From the NCBI GenBank assembly GCA_964431125.1, contig CAYSII010000002.1:30301-94300 (forward strand): DNA of 64,000 nucleotides, given 5' to 3'. This DNA is from an uncultured Methanolinea sp. Its GTDB lineage: Archaea; Halobacteriota; Methanomicrobia; Methanomicrobiales; Methanospirillaceae. This document shows, one piece after another, positions 20,449-29,794 of this stretch. The notes beneath the pieces were generated by a model that saw only the letters and a list, made by a program, of their open reading frames with translations, was not told the origin of the DNA and did no database searches. The position numbers and the translations under genes were made by a program. Position 1 is the first letter of the stretch. Each line of letters starts with the position of its first letter.

Positions 20449-21444
20449 TCACGACGATTCCCGCGCGAGAAAGTCCCCCACCGACGAAAAACCTCTCTTC
20501 CTTGCAAACCGCTGCAGTTCGCGCCAGATCCCGCTGCCGTACTGCATCGCTTTCTTCTCCCGCCACGCGATCTCCTCCGGCAGGAACTGGCAGGCAACCT
20601 CACTGAGTGCCCGCTTCCGCATGCCGCCGGCCACTTTTTCGTTCGCGGGAAGATCCCTGGCAGCCCGGATAACCCTCCCGTCGAGGTAGGGGTACGAGAG
20701 TGTGACCCCGTGGATACCGGCGACAGCCTGGTCCCGTGCGATCTGATCCGGAAGGCGGGCGAAGTCCACCGCAAGGAGCCCCTCGGTGTCAGGAGACGCG
20801 AGGTACCGGTGGTACCCCCCGAAGAGCTCGTCGGCACCCTGGCCGGTGAGGACACGGTCATACCCTGCATCTTTTGCAGCCCGCGTGACGAAGTACCAGG
20901 AGAGACCGATCGAGAGGTCAAGAGGGGTCTTCTCCGGAAGGACCGGGAGAACTTCGGCAATTGCCCCTTCCAGTTCCCCGGGCTCGATGGTGACAGAGAA
21001 GGACTTAAGGTCCAGTGCACGTGCCGCATCCACCCCTCTGGCGAGATCCGGGCTGTTTTCCAGCCCGACCGTGATGCAGGGGCAGCCCGCCAGCGCGGCG
21101 ACGAGGGCAGAGTCGACCCCGCCGGAGAGGGCAACGGCGCTCCCCTCTCTCCGGAGATTGACAGCGGCGACGATCGCCTCTTTCAAGCCCATTCTGTCAT
21201 ACCGGGGTTCGACGGTCCCGATGATGTGCCCGTCATGGAGGATCTTCCCGGGAGGCCCGTCGCCCGGAACGATACCGAGAGTGTCCCGTGCAGTGTACCT
21301 GCCGAAGGCAAGGTAAAACTCGCCACCAAAAGACGAGGCAGAGTGGGGGTCGGCCTGGAGACGTTCGAGAATCTCATCGGGCTGGAGGATCCGTCCCCCC
21401 GCCTCGACCCACCCGACCAGCGTGAGACCGGAGCACTCCTTCAT
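20449..21444 (-). CDS. asparagine-synthetase-like PP-loop amidotransferase with shortened N-terminal domain
   Basis: ALSGGVDSALVAALAG PP-loop and AsnB C-domain blocks (GQGADELFGGY). Only about 100 aa precede the PP-loop, and there is no Met-Cys N-terminus. ATG 21444 forms an ATGA overlap with the stop of the upstream ORF. Confidence 0.8.
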   Translation of the reverse strand: MKECSGLTLVGWVEAGGRILQPDEILERLQADPHSASSFGGEFYLAFGRYTARDTLGIVPGDGPPGKILHDGHIIGTVEPRYDRMGLKEAIVAAVNLRREGSAVALSGGVDSALVAALAGCPCITVGLENSPDLARGVDAARALDLKSFSVTIEPGELEGAIAEVLPVLPEKTPLDLSIGLSWYFVTRAAKDAGYDRVLTGQGADELFGGYHRYLASPDTEGLLAVDFARLPDQIARDQAVAGIHGVTLSYPYLDGRVIRAARDLPANEKVAGGMRKRALSEVACQFLPEEIAWREKKAMQYGSGIWRELQRFARKRGFSSVGDFLARESS

Positions 21445-21815
21445 TTCCGCAGTCTCTTTGCCCGGGGGAGATAACCCTTCGGGCGCCTCGTAATGAGCAG
21501 GGCAGATGCTGCACCGATCGCGAGCAAAAGCCCGATGATGGTCCATACCGGGAACGGCACATCGGGGAACGGACCGCTCCCCTGCGCAGGCACTGTTGGT
21601 ACCATGCCGGCGGCTTGATTTGCTGTTGGAACTTCCCCTGACTGGGGAGATCCCGGGGGGAGACCATCAGCCGGGAAGGTTGCACCCGGGGCTGTCACGG
21701 CCTTGACGGGGGTTGAAAAGAGCGTGCATGCACAAAAGAAGAGAACTGCAAGGAACCGGAGATACAATCCTTTACTGCATTTATTCTCCCGGAGGAACGA
21801 TCCTGTCTCTTTCAT
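21441..21815 (-). CDS. small secreted, C-terminally anchored Pro/Gly-rich protein (archaeosortase-type sorting-signal-like tail)
   Basis: N-terminal signal-like LRFLAVLFFCACTLFSTPVKA, a roughly 60-aa P/G/A-rich middle, and C-terminal PFPVWTIIGLLLAIGAASALLITRRPKG (motif + TM + basic). Confidence 0.6.
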   Translation of the reverse strand: MKETGSFLRENKCSKGLYLRFLAVLFFCACTLFSTPVKAVTAPGATFPADGLPPGSPQSGEVPTANQAAGMVPTVPAQGSGPFPDVPFPVWTIIGLLLAIGAASALLITRRPKGYLPRAKRLRK

Positions 21816-21869
21816 ATCAGTATTGTTTTATTCCATGGAATGTATTAATGGTAAAGATTGGATGAAAAA
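21816..21869. promoter_or_regulatory. 54-bp divergent promoter region with central perfect palindrome TTCCATGGAA
   Basis: AT-rich sequence TATTGTTTTA-TTCCATGGAA-TGTATTAATG. The palindrome at 21831-21840 is flanked by TATA-like tracts facing both genes. Confidence 0.4.
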
Positions 21870-23141
21870 ATGACACCAGCGAGACGGGAACGGGAGGAGG
21901 GTATCAGTGCAACGGTCAGCATCATCCTCATGGTTATCCTGGTCATAGGGATTGCTATCGTTCTCTGGTCGGTCTTCATGGGATACCCATCCATTCTCCA
22001 CCACACGGTCTATATTGCAAGCGAGGCAAAAGCAGAGGAGATAATCCAGCCGGGAGGACTCCCGATGGAGGTCGTGACACTCTTCATCAGGGAGGCAGAA
22101 CCCTTCCATTTCGCCGGGCAGCAACCCCCTACAGCCGGAAAAGAAGTGGTGATAAAAGTGATATCGCCGGACGGGCGGACGCTGTACCCGATGCCCTTCT
22201 TATCAGGCGGGAGCCTCGAGGGAAAGACCCTCTACATCTACCCGAACTCGAGCGGATATTCTTCCTTCTGTGATTACATCGTCTCTGATACTGCCCCTTC
22301 CGGGCGCCTCAAGCCTTTTTCACTCGGCACGTGGGTGATCCAGCTCATCGACCCTGAGGCAAACCTCCTCATCTCGAGCGATGACAGGGCAAGGATCACG
22401 AAGGGGACGTCATCCTATGCCCTTGCCGGGGGAACGCCGGGGAATGGAGTCTATCGGACGGACTGCTCGCCCCTTGACTACAGCATCTTCGGGAACCCTG
22501 TTCGGGGGAACACGGGACCCCCGATGAACATGAGCTACCTCTCCTTCGATGGAAATGATTACCTGACGTTTGCAGATGACCCCACCCTCACCTACACCGG
22601 TGACCTGACCATCTCGATCTGGCTGAATCCCCTGAATGTCGGAAATCCCGGTCAGTACACCAATTCCCAGTACTGGAAACAGGTGATCGGCAAGGGCCTC
22701 CAGATCAGCCAGAGCAGGGAGGACAAGAACTACGACCTCTACCTCATCGGGGACAGGATATACTTCGAATGGGATGACAGGGTGGATCCGGCAAAACACT
22801 ACCATATCATGACGGACGCGACCGCCATATCTTCCGGTTCATGGCAGTATGTCAACCTCGTCGTGGAGAATGGAAAGCCAAAGATTTACGTCAACGGAGT
22901 CTCGCAACCCTTCAGCTATTACCAGTCGAATGTTCCCGGATCGAACAAAATAACCACTCCTTCCCAGTATCCGGAGGTGAGACTGAAAGACAACAACCAC
23001 CCCCTCATGATGGGAAAGCAGAATACCGCCTCTTCCAGCAACCAGTTCTACTACAAGGGTGATATCGGCTCCTTTGCCCTGTACAACAGGGGACTGACCG
23101 GGGGTGAAATAATCGAGAATTACCAGACCTATTCGGCCTGA
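21870..23141 (+). CDS. archaeal type IV pilin-like signal (class III) protein with C-terminal LamG/concanavalin-like domain
   Basis: MTPARREREEGISATVSIILMVILVIGIAIVLWSVF resembles the archaeal Pilin_N (DUF1628) pattern. C-terminal DGNDYLTF..GDLTISIWLNP..YYKGDIGSFALYNRGLTGGEI is LamG-like. Confidence 0.75.
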   Translation: MTPARREREEGISATVSIILMVILVIGIAIVLWSVFMGYPSILHHTVYIASEAKAEEIIQPGGLPMEVVTLFIREAEPFHFAGQQPPTAGKEVVIKVISPDGRTLYPMPFLSGGSLEGKTLYIYPNSSGYSSFCDYIVSDTAPSGRLKPFSLGTWVIQLIDPEANLLISSDDRARITKGTSSYALAGGTPGNGVYRTDCSPLDYSIFGNPVRGNTGPPMNMSYLSFDGNDYLTFADDPTLTYTGDLTISIWLNPLNVGNPGQYTNSQYWKQVIGKGLQISQSREDKNYDLYLIGDRIYFEWDDRVDPAKHYHIMTDATAISSGSWQYVNLVVENGKPKIYVNGVSQPFSYYQSNVPGSNKITTPSQYPEVRLKDNNHPLMMGKQNTASSSNQFYYKGDIGSFALYNRGLTGGEIIENYQTYSA

Positions 23142-23250
23142 ATCAGGGGAAAAATCAAATTTTTCCGGTTCCCTGGGACACTGTCCCGCGGTGCCACGCA
23201 CTCGTCCTGACCGGGTTTTAATACCTGCTCTCCCCAAACACTGATCCAGC

Positions 23251-23736
23251 ATGCGGACCGACCGTCACCAGTACTTCCTCGACCTTGCCCTCCGGTGCGC
23301 CCACCAGGGCACATGCCTCCGCCGCAACTTCGGGGCGATCATCGTGGACGAGTTCCACACCATCGTCTCCACCGGGTACACGGGAGCACCCCGGAGACAG
23401 AGGGACTGCACCGAGATCGGGCGGTGCTGGAGAAAGGACCACAACATCCCCTCCGGATCGAACTACGAGCGGTGCCGGAGCGTCCATGCCGAGATGAACG
23501 CCCTCCTGCAGGCAGGAAAGCTCGCCCGGAACTGCACCCTGTACCTTGCCGGGTTCGACGTGGAGACCGGGAAACTCACCCGGATCTGGCCCTGCTTCCT
23601 CTGCTCCAAGATGATCGTGAACTCCGGGCTGAGATCGGTGATCATGCGCACCGGCGAGGTGACGTACGAGGAGATGGATCCCGTCGCTCTCTACCGGATG
23701 CGAAGTGTTGAGGCGCTGGGAGAGGAGAAACCTTGA
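23251..23736 (+). CDS. dCMP deaminase (ComEB/cytidine-deoxycytidylate deaminase family)
   Basis: Zinc motifs SVHAEMNAL and PCFLCSKMI. Confidence 0.88.
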   Translation: MRTDRHQYFLDLALRCAHQGTCLRRNFGAIIVDEFHTIVSTGYTGAPRRQRDCTEIGRCWRKDHNIPSGSNYERCRSVHAEMNALLQAGKLARNCTLYLAGFDVETGKLTRIWPCFLCSKMIVNSGLRSVIMRTGEVTYEEMDPVALYRMRSVEALGEEKP

Positions 23737-23804
23737 AAAAAACCGGGTTTTTTCCCGGAGATGTAAAAAGGGGGAGACGGTCCCTTGCAGTCGTTTTGGC
23801 TCCG

Positions 23805-25292
23805 TCAGGCCTTCCACCCGATAGCGACCTTCCACCCGGTCAGGCCTTCTGTCATGAAGACAGCCTCATGCAGGGCGCCTTCGTCGCGGTACCTCACCTC
23901 CCCTTCCTTCAATCCTACCACCTGTGACCGGACACCCTCATCGAGCGAGAAGATCCTCTGGGGCAGGGAGTCCATGACCGGCATCCCTTCGCTGTCCACT
24001 GCGAACGCATAATACCCTTCAGGGAGCACAAAGTCACGGAAAAGTTCCTCTTCAAGCGAATCACAGGAAACTGATGCACCCACGATCCCGCTAACCGTTC
24101 CCCCTGCACGTACCGGGACCGCGACGATAGCAGAGTATTTCCCGGTCGATTTGCCGAGCACAATGGTACCGATCGAGGTCTTCCCCGCGAGCACCTCCGG
24201 GAAATAGGGCCGGTCCCTGATGTTTACGCTCATCAGGTTGTCGACCGTCGTGTAGTAGGAGCCATCAGGCCTCGCGTACCAGAACCGGGCCTCGGGATAC
24301 TCGGCCTCGAGCCTGGCAAGGAGCGGGCGGATCCTATCCCAGTCCCCGCTCTCCAGTTCACCGGTGATTGCAAGGGTCTCCATGGCAGCAGAGATGCCGT
24401 GGATTCGCGTCCCGGTGAGCGCAGAAAACACGGGGAGCAGGGTTTGAGATGCGAGCGCAGCCCGATCCCCGTAACCTGCGGGTGAAGGAGGTGCATGGGT
24501 GCTGCTCCCGGTCATGCGTGCGAATGTCCCGTCCGCCTTCATGGCATCGAGTGTCTCCTGGTATGCCCTGACAGTTACCGGGTCTGTATTCCTGTTGAAC
24601 GCGATGTAGAGCTCTGTCCGGATCAGCGAGTACACGGGAACCAGTGCAGATTCAGGGATGCCCTTCCTTCGCAGGGTCTCGGGGGTGGTTGCCGATGATC
24701 CTAACCAGAGGGAGACGGAGCCGTTCAGGAGGGCGTCGAGGCATTCGGCATCGGAAGAATACGCCCTGATATTCGTGAATTGGTTCCTGACGAGGAAGTC
24801 GTGGCGGGCATCTCTCTCAACCACCGCGATTGTCCCGGCGTTGCGGGCGGCCTCGAGGCTCTGGAGCGCTATCCCTGAGTCTTTTGTGGCATAGAGCACA
24901 TAGTCAAACGTGGCAATCGGGCCCGCCCAGGCGAACTCTCTCTCGCGTTCAGGGGTCCTTGCAGTCGGAAAGACCGCGTAGCCGGGTGTCGCAAGCGCAG
25001 TCCCGTACGCATCGCTCCACGCACGTATCTCGATACTGCTATTGCAGTTCTGGCGACGCGAGAGTTCCCGGATCACCTGGACAGACTGTCCTTCCGGCGT
25101 TCCGCCAGTGCCGGCGTAGCTTAACGGGTAAATCTCCTCGGTCAAAAAGACGATCTCTTCTAACGCACAGCCGGGAGTGGCTTCCGTGCCTGTCCGGGAC
25201 ATTCCGGGCGCAGTGCATCCTGCAATGACGCAGGAGATAAGAAGGAATGCCCCTGCCAAGGCCAGGTAATGAAACGGTCTCAAAGGAATCAT
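23805..25292 (-). CDS. extracytoplasmic lipoprotein-like protein: family-3 solute-binding domain + Cache sensor domain, no output domain
   Basis: MIPLRPFHYLALAGAFLLISCVIAGC signal/lipobox-like start at 25292. SBP_bac_3-like half, then a Cache-like half with NIRDRPYFPEV. The track start 25418 adds 42 atypical residues. Confidence 0.75.
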   Translation of the reverse strand: MIPLRPFHYLALAGAFLLISCVIAGCTAPGMSRTGTEATPGCALEEIVFLTEEIYPLSYAGTGGTPEGQSVQVIRELSRRQNCNSSIEIRAWSDAYGTALATPGYAVFPTARTPEREREFAWAGPIATFDYVLYATKDSGIALQSLEAARNAGTIAVVERDARHDFLVRNQFTNIRAYSSDAECLDALLNGSVSLWLGSSATTPETLRRKGIPESALVPVYSLIRTELYIAFNRNTDPVTVRAYQETLDAMKADGTFARMTGSSTHAPPSPAGYGDRAALASQTLLPVFSALTGTRIHGISAAMETLAITGELESGDWDRIRPLLARLEAEYPEARFWYARPDGSYYTTVDNLMSVNIRDRPYFPEVLAGKTSIGTIVLGKSTGKYSAIVAVPVRAGGTVSGIVGASVSCDSLEEELFRDFVLPEGYYAFAVDSEGMPVMDSLPQRIFSLDEGVRSQVVGLKEGEVRYRDEGALHEAVFMTEGLTGWKVAIGWKA

Positions 25293-25414
25293 GCGGATTT
25301 TCCCCTGCCATGAAGAATCTATCATCAATAATAAAAAAATATGCAATCTCTTTGGGCCTCCTGCCAGTGTCCCGTCACGGCGTTGAACGTCCCTGCTGAG
25401 CAGGAATTCCCGCA

Positions 25415-26134
25415 TCAACCCTGTCCGGGTGCCTTCGTGCGATCCGCCGGAAAATACCGGCGGAGTTGGGCTGCAGAGAACGGTCCTCCGTGTCCGGGAT
25501 AGATCGTCCCGTCCTGGAACGCGAGCACTTTTCCTATGCTTGCCCGCACCTCATCAGGGTCGTCGGCAAAGAACGGGAGCCCCGGCCGTCCGCTCGGAAT
25601 CGTCGGGAAGACGAGATCCCCAACGATTGCGTCCCCGTTTCCGAGCAGTAGGGAGACGGATCCGGCGGTATGCCCGGGGGTGTGCATAACCTCGCCCCTG
25701 ATCCCGTATTCATTGAGCGAAAACGAATCCGCAAGGATGATATCGGGCTCGAGGGGAGGAAAGTGAGCGCTGGCCTTCCTGCCATACACGGCCCTGAGGA
25801 TAAACCCCGCGGTTCCCGTGGGATTGAGTGCACCCTGGCGCCCGGATCGGACCATGGGCGCATCCTCCCTGTGCACGGCCACGGGGGCCCCCGAGAGGTC
25901 CCTGAGAGCCCGGGCGGATCCTGCGTGGTCTGCGTGTCCGTGCGTGAGGAGGATGAGCCTGATCTCATCAGGGGATATCCCGGATTCCTTCATCCTCGCA
26001 ACGATGGCACCCTCTCTCCCCGGAATGCCCGTATCGACCAGGGCCACGCCGTGCTGCCTGACCAGGTATGCCCGTGAGGTCAGGCCAAGCCGGACAGGAA
26101 TGACTTCGATCGGTTGTTCGCCCAAGTGCATCAT
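25415..26134 (-). CDS. MBL-fold metallo-hydrolase
   Basis: LLTHGHADHAGS (HxHxDH) and a later HTPGHT block. Confidence 0.88.
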   Translation of the reverse strand: MMHLGEQPIEVIPVRLGLTSRAYLVRQHGVALVDTGIPGREGAIVARMKESGISPDEIRLILLTHGHADHAGSARALRDLSGAPVAVHREDAPMVRSGRQGALNPTGTAGFILRAVYGRKASAHFPPLEPDIILADSFSLNEYGIRGEVMHTPGHTAGSVSLLLGNGDAIVGDLVFPTIPSGRPGLPFFADDPDEVRASIGKVLAFQDGTIYPGHGGPFSAAQLRRYFPADRTKAPGQG

Positions 26135-26293
26135 CGATCCCCCGGTGCTGATGATTGCCCGGGGAACATAAGAATGTTGTTCCCAATCAGAGCGAATTCA
26201 TTGTGGCCTGCTGGTGAGCAATTAAGAGAGAGCCGCGGGGCACTCGCCCGGCCCAGGAGGGAGGAACCCCCGCAAAGAAAGTCCGGGGTTTTG

Positions 26294-26608
26294 TTAAAAC
26301 TCGATATCCTCGTCTTTTACCGCGAGGCCGACATCCGGGACGTAGGGGAGTTTTGCCCAGAGATAGCCGTCCTGCAGCCTGTAGCCCTCCCGCAGAACCA
26401 TCTTCACGGGAGCAGGGACAACGAACCTCTCCGGGGGTGCCCCGTGGCGATACTCGTTCTCAAGAACGACGAGGAGGGAGTGCCCCCCGTCGCGGGTATA
26501 GCAGTAATAGTTGCGGACACCTTCCGGCAGGGCACCCGGGTACTTCCGTCCCCCAAGCACCCAGCCGGTCAGGCCTGCCGCCCTGATAATCTCCTGCGCA
26601 TCAGGCAT
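26294..26608 (-). CDS. hypothetical protein (104 aa)
   Basis: Clean ORF with genome-typical codon usage and no overlapping alternative. No family recognised. Confidence 0.5.
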   Translation of the reverse strand: MPDAQEIIRAAGLTGWVLGGRKYPGALPEGVRNYYCYTRDGGHSLLVVLENEYRHGAPPERFVVPAPVKMVLREGYRLQDGYLWAKLPYVPDVGLAVKDEDIEF

Positions 26609-26736
26609 GGGATGAACCTTGGATTCCCTCTCCGATAAAGGTGGCCCTGCGGGAAAGGGATGGTAGGCACGAAAAGGGGGAAAATGGGCAGGAAGAAATA
26701 TTTTATAAATCCGGAAAGGTTACGTTTTCACCGCAG

Positions 26737-29436
26737 ATGTCATCTCCTGATATCTTCTCCCTCCTCTACGTGGATGATGACCATGACCTCCTTCTCATCG
26801 GAAAGACCTTTCTCGAGCGCATGGGCGATTTCTCGGTCGAGATAACGGATTCTGCCGCATCGGCCCTTTCCCTCCTGAAGGAGCGGAAGTTCGACGCCCT
26901 GATCTCGGATTACCAGATGCCCTCCATGAACGGGCTGGATCTCCTCAAGGCGATCCGGTCGGGCGGAGACAGCATCCCCTTCATCATTTTTACCGGCAGA
27001 GGGAGGGAAGAGGTTGTCATCGAGGCTCTCAACGCGGGGGCAGACTTTTACCTCCAGAAGGGAGGTGACCCCCGGACACAGTTCGTGGAACTGGCTCACA
27101 AGGTCCGGCAGGCAATCGGACGGAAGAGGGCAGAGAGAATGCTCGTCGAGTCCCAGAAGCGGCTCGCAGATATCATAGAATTCCTGCCGGATGCCACGTT
27201 TGCCATCGACCGTGAGGGCAGGGTGATTGCATGGAACAGGGCAATGGAGGAGATGACAGGGGTTCTGGGGACAGAGGTACTCGGGAGGGGTGGTTTCCGG
27301 CACGGGATGGCCTTCTACGGGGAACCAAGGCCGATGCTGATCGACCTCGTGCTCTCCCCCATGGAGGACTTCGAGAGAGATAAGTACCTCTTCACCAACC
27401 GCGACGGGACCACCCTGACTGCCGAGACACGCGCCACCGGGCGAGACGGCAGGGTTCACCACTACTGGGGCAAGGCCAGTCGCCTCTTTGACGAGAACGG
27501 TGACGTTGCCGGCGCCATCGAGTCGATCAGGGACATCACGGACAGGGTCACCGCCGAGGAGAAATCCCGTATTCTCGCACAGATAATCGACATCGCTCCT
27601 GCATCCATCACAGTCCACGATCGGGAGGGAAATTTCCTGTACGCCAACCTGAAGACGTTCGAGCTGCACGGTTTTTCCCGCGACGAGTTCATGGCAATGA
27701 AACTCCACGACCTCGACACCCCCGAGAGTGCTGCCCTGATTGGACAGAGGATGCAGGAGATCATGGAGAGAGGGGAGGGGTCGTTTTCCGTCTTCCACAG
27801 GAAGAAAAACGGCGATTCCATCCCTCTCCAGGTCGTGGTGAAGCTGATCAACTGGCTCGGGAAACCGGCCATGGTCTCCGTTGCCACGGATCTCACCGCG
27901 CTCCGGGAGGCTGAGAGGAAGGTCCGGGAGAGCGAGGAGAGGTTCCGGCGGATCGTCGAGACCGCAAACGAGGGGATATGGGAGATGGACGAGAATTTCC
28001 AGACGACGTACGTCAACCCGCGGATGGCATCCCTTCTTGGGTACATGCCGGAGGAGATGATCGGCCAGCCGATAACATCCTTCATGCCGGAGAGCGAGCT
28101 TGCTGACAACAGCGAAAAATTAAAAGACCGGATGGCAGGAAAACCCGGCGAATACGAGCGCAGGTTCCTCCACCGGGACGGCTCGATCCGGATCATGCAC
28201 CTCTCTGCGACACCGGTCTTTGATAGCGATGGCAATTTCCGGGGTTCGTTCACGATGCTCTCGGATATCACGGAGCGGAAGCGTATCGAGGAAGAGTTCC
28301 GGAGGGAACACCAGGAACTGATGGCAGCATACGAGCAGATCACCGCAACGGAAGAGGAGCTCCGCAGGATGCTTGCCGAACTCAGGGAGTACCATGAGTC
28401 TCTCGAGGAGAGCGAGGAACGATACCGCCGGATCCTGTCCGGCACATTCGATGCGATGGTCATCCACAGGCAGGGAAAGATCACGTGGGCGAACAGGAGG
28501 GCACTCGAGGTCATCGGAGCTGTCTCCCTCCAGGATCTGGTCGGTCACAATGTCCTCGACTTTGTCCATCCCGACTCGCAGGCTGATGTCAGGGAAAGGA
28601 TCTCCCGAATGAAAAACGATAACGATGCAGTCATGCCTCTCCTCGAGGAGAAGTTCGTGAGGCCCGATGGCTCGCCTGTCCACGTCGAAGTCGCTGCAAT
28701 ACCCATCCGGGAAAAGGGTGACATGTCCGTACTGGTCGTTTTCCGGGATATTTCAGAGCGGAAAAGGATGCAGGATGCCCTCATGAGTGCAAACCGGAAG
28801 CTGAATATCCTCAATTCCATTACCCGTCACGATATCCAGAACAAGGTCTCTGTCCTCTCCGGTTATCTCTCCCTCCTTTCAGACGGCACACGGAGTGATG
28901 TCCAGGTGAAATGTATCGACTCAATGAGAAATGCTCTCCATGCAATGGAGCAGATCATCCAGTTCACGAGGAACTACCAGGATCTCGGCGTTCGATCCCC
29001 GGAGTGGCAGTCCCTTTCCGGGGTAATGGAGCGTGTCACAGGGCAGTTCGAACTGGACGGTATTGCAGTGGAATACGGGGAGTGTTCCTGCGAGGTATTC
29101 GCCGACCCGATGCTCGAGAAGGTTTTCTTTACGCTCGTTGATAATGCTCTCCGGTACGGAGGCGGAATAACCCGGATACGCGTCTCGTGTGCAAAAGAGA
29201 ACGGCAGTCTGGTTGTTACATTCGAGGATGATGGTGTCGGTATCCCAAGAGACCAGAAAGAGAAGATCTTCGAGCAGGGGTACGGGAAGGGGACGGGCCT
29301 TGGACTCTTTCTCTCGCGCGAGATCCTCTCGATTACCGGGCTCTCCATCCGGGAATGCGGCACACCCGGGCAGGGTGCCCGGTTCGAGATACGCGTTCCC
29401 GAGGGCCTGTGGAGGGAGAGCCTCGGGGGTTGCTGA
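26737..29436 (+). CDS. hybrid sensor: N-terminal receiver domain, multiple PAS domains, histidine kinase core
   Basis: REC block LLYVDDD..DALISDYQMPSMNGLDLL..FIIFTGRG. At least four PAS repeats follow (..FLPDATFAIDREGRVIAWN.., ..ANEGIWEMDENF.., etc). H-box ITRHDIQNKV and HATPase blocks (DNALRYG, DDGVGIP, GTGLGLFL). No TM segment is seen. The start is taken at ATG 26737. Confidence 0.88.
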   Translation: MSSPDIFSLLYVDDDHDLLLIGKTFLERMGDFSVEITDSAASALSLLKERKFDALISDYQMPSMNGLDLLKAIRSGGDSIPFIIFTGRGREEVVIEALNAGADFYLQKGGDPRTQFVELAHKVRQAIGRKRAERMLVESQKRLADIIEFLPDATFAIDREGRVIAWNRAMEEMTGVLGTEVLGRGGFRHGMAFYGEPRPMLIDLVLSPMEDFERDKYLFTNRDGTTLTAETRATGRDGRVHHYWGKASRLFDENGDVAGAIESIRDITDRVTAEEKSRILAQIIDIAPASITVHDREGNFLYANLKTFELHGFSRDEFMAMKLHDLDTPESAALIGQRMQEIMERGEGSFSVFHRKKNGDSIPLQVVVKLINWLGKPAMVSVATDLTALREAERKVRESEERFRRIVETANEGIWEMDENFQTTYVNPRMASLLGYMPEEMIGQPITSFMPESELADNSEKLKDRMAGKPGEYERRFLHRDGSIRIMHLSATPVFDSDGNFRGSFTMLSDITERKRIEEEFRREHQELMAAYEQITATEEELRRMLAELREYHESLEESEERYRRILSGTFDAMVIHRQGKITWANRRALEVIGAVSLQDLVGHNVLDFVHPDSQADVRERISRMKNDNDAVMPLLEEKFVRPDGSPVHVEVAAIPIREKGDMSVLVVFRDISERKRMQDALMSANRKLNILNSITRHDIQNKVSVLSGYLSLLSDGTRSDVQVKCIDSMRNALHAMEQIIQFTRNYQDLGVRSPEWQSLSGVMERVTGQFELDGIAVEYGECSCEVFADPMLEKVFFTLVDNALRYGGGITRIRVSCAKENGSLVVTFEDDGVGIPRDQKEKIFEQGYGKGTGLGLFLSREILSITGLSIRECGTPGQGARFEIRVPEGLWRESLGGC

Positions 29437-29758
29437 AAAGTGCGCCGCAATGCTCTCCCCCTGCCCGGGCAGGATTGGAGAGAGCCTTTTTCAGGGACTC
29501 CATACAACGGAATGCCGGGAGCAGTCGGGGCCGTCTGGTGGCAAAGAGGCAAGTCAGTGCAGTGCTCTTGTTCTTTACTCGGTTGTTGCCTCCCTGCCTC
29601 TGCTGTCGTCAATTTTTATCTCTGGTGACACCGAGCCCTCCGCGAGCTGCCAGGGTAAAACTACCTGCGCAAGCATCCCGATGGCGGAGGGACCGGCTGC
29701 GGATCTTTGGCGCCCTCAAAGGGATGCAGGGGGATGGGGATCAACCTCGCGGTCTATT

Positions 29759-29794
29759 CTTCGGCCTGGAATGATGCTTCGGCCTGGAATGATG
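29759..29794. repeat. perfect 18-bp tandem duplication (CTTCGGCCTGGAATGATG x2)
   Basis: Copies at 29759-29776 and 29777-29794 are identical. They lie in a roughly 670-bp stretch without a convincing gene. Confidence 0.95.

Noticed and set aside
20244-21474. 296-aa (minus) and 384-aa (plus) ORFs across the AsnB-like gene
   Set aside because: These are alternate-frame or antisense readings of a gene with a clear PP-loop and AsnB motifs. Their composition is Arg/Pro/Gly/Ser-rich.
26162-26184. 7-bp stem hairpin GGGAACA-N9-TGTTCCC between the 104-aa ORF and the MBL hydrolase gene; nearby CUGAUGA checked as a C-box
   Set aside because: No T-run follows the hairpin on either strand, and there is no matching D box (CUGA) at C/D-sRNA spacing with guide-like sequence. 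It is too weak to call a terminator or sRNA.
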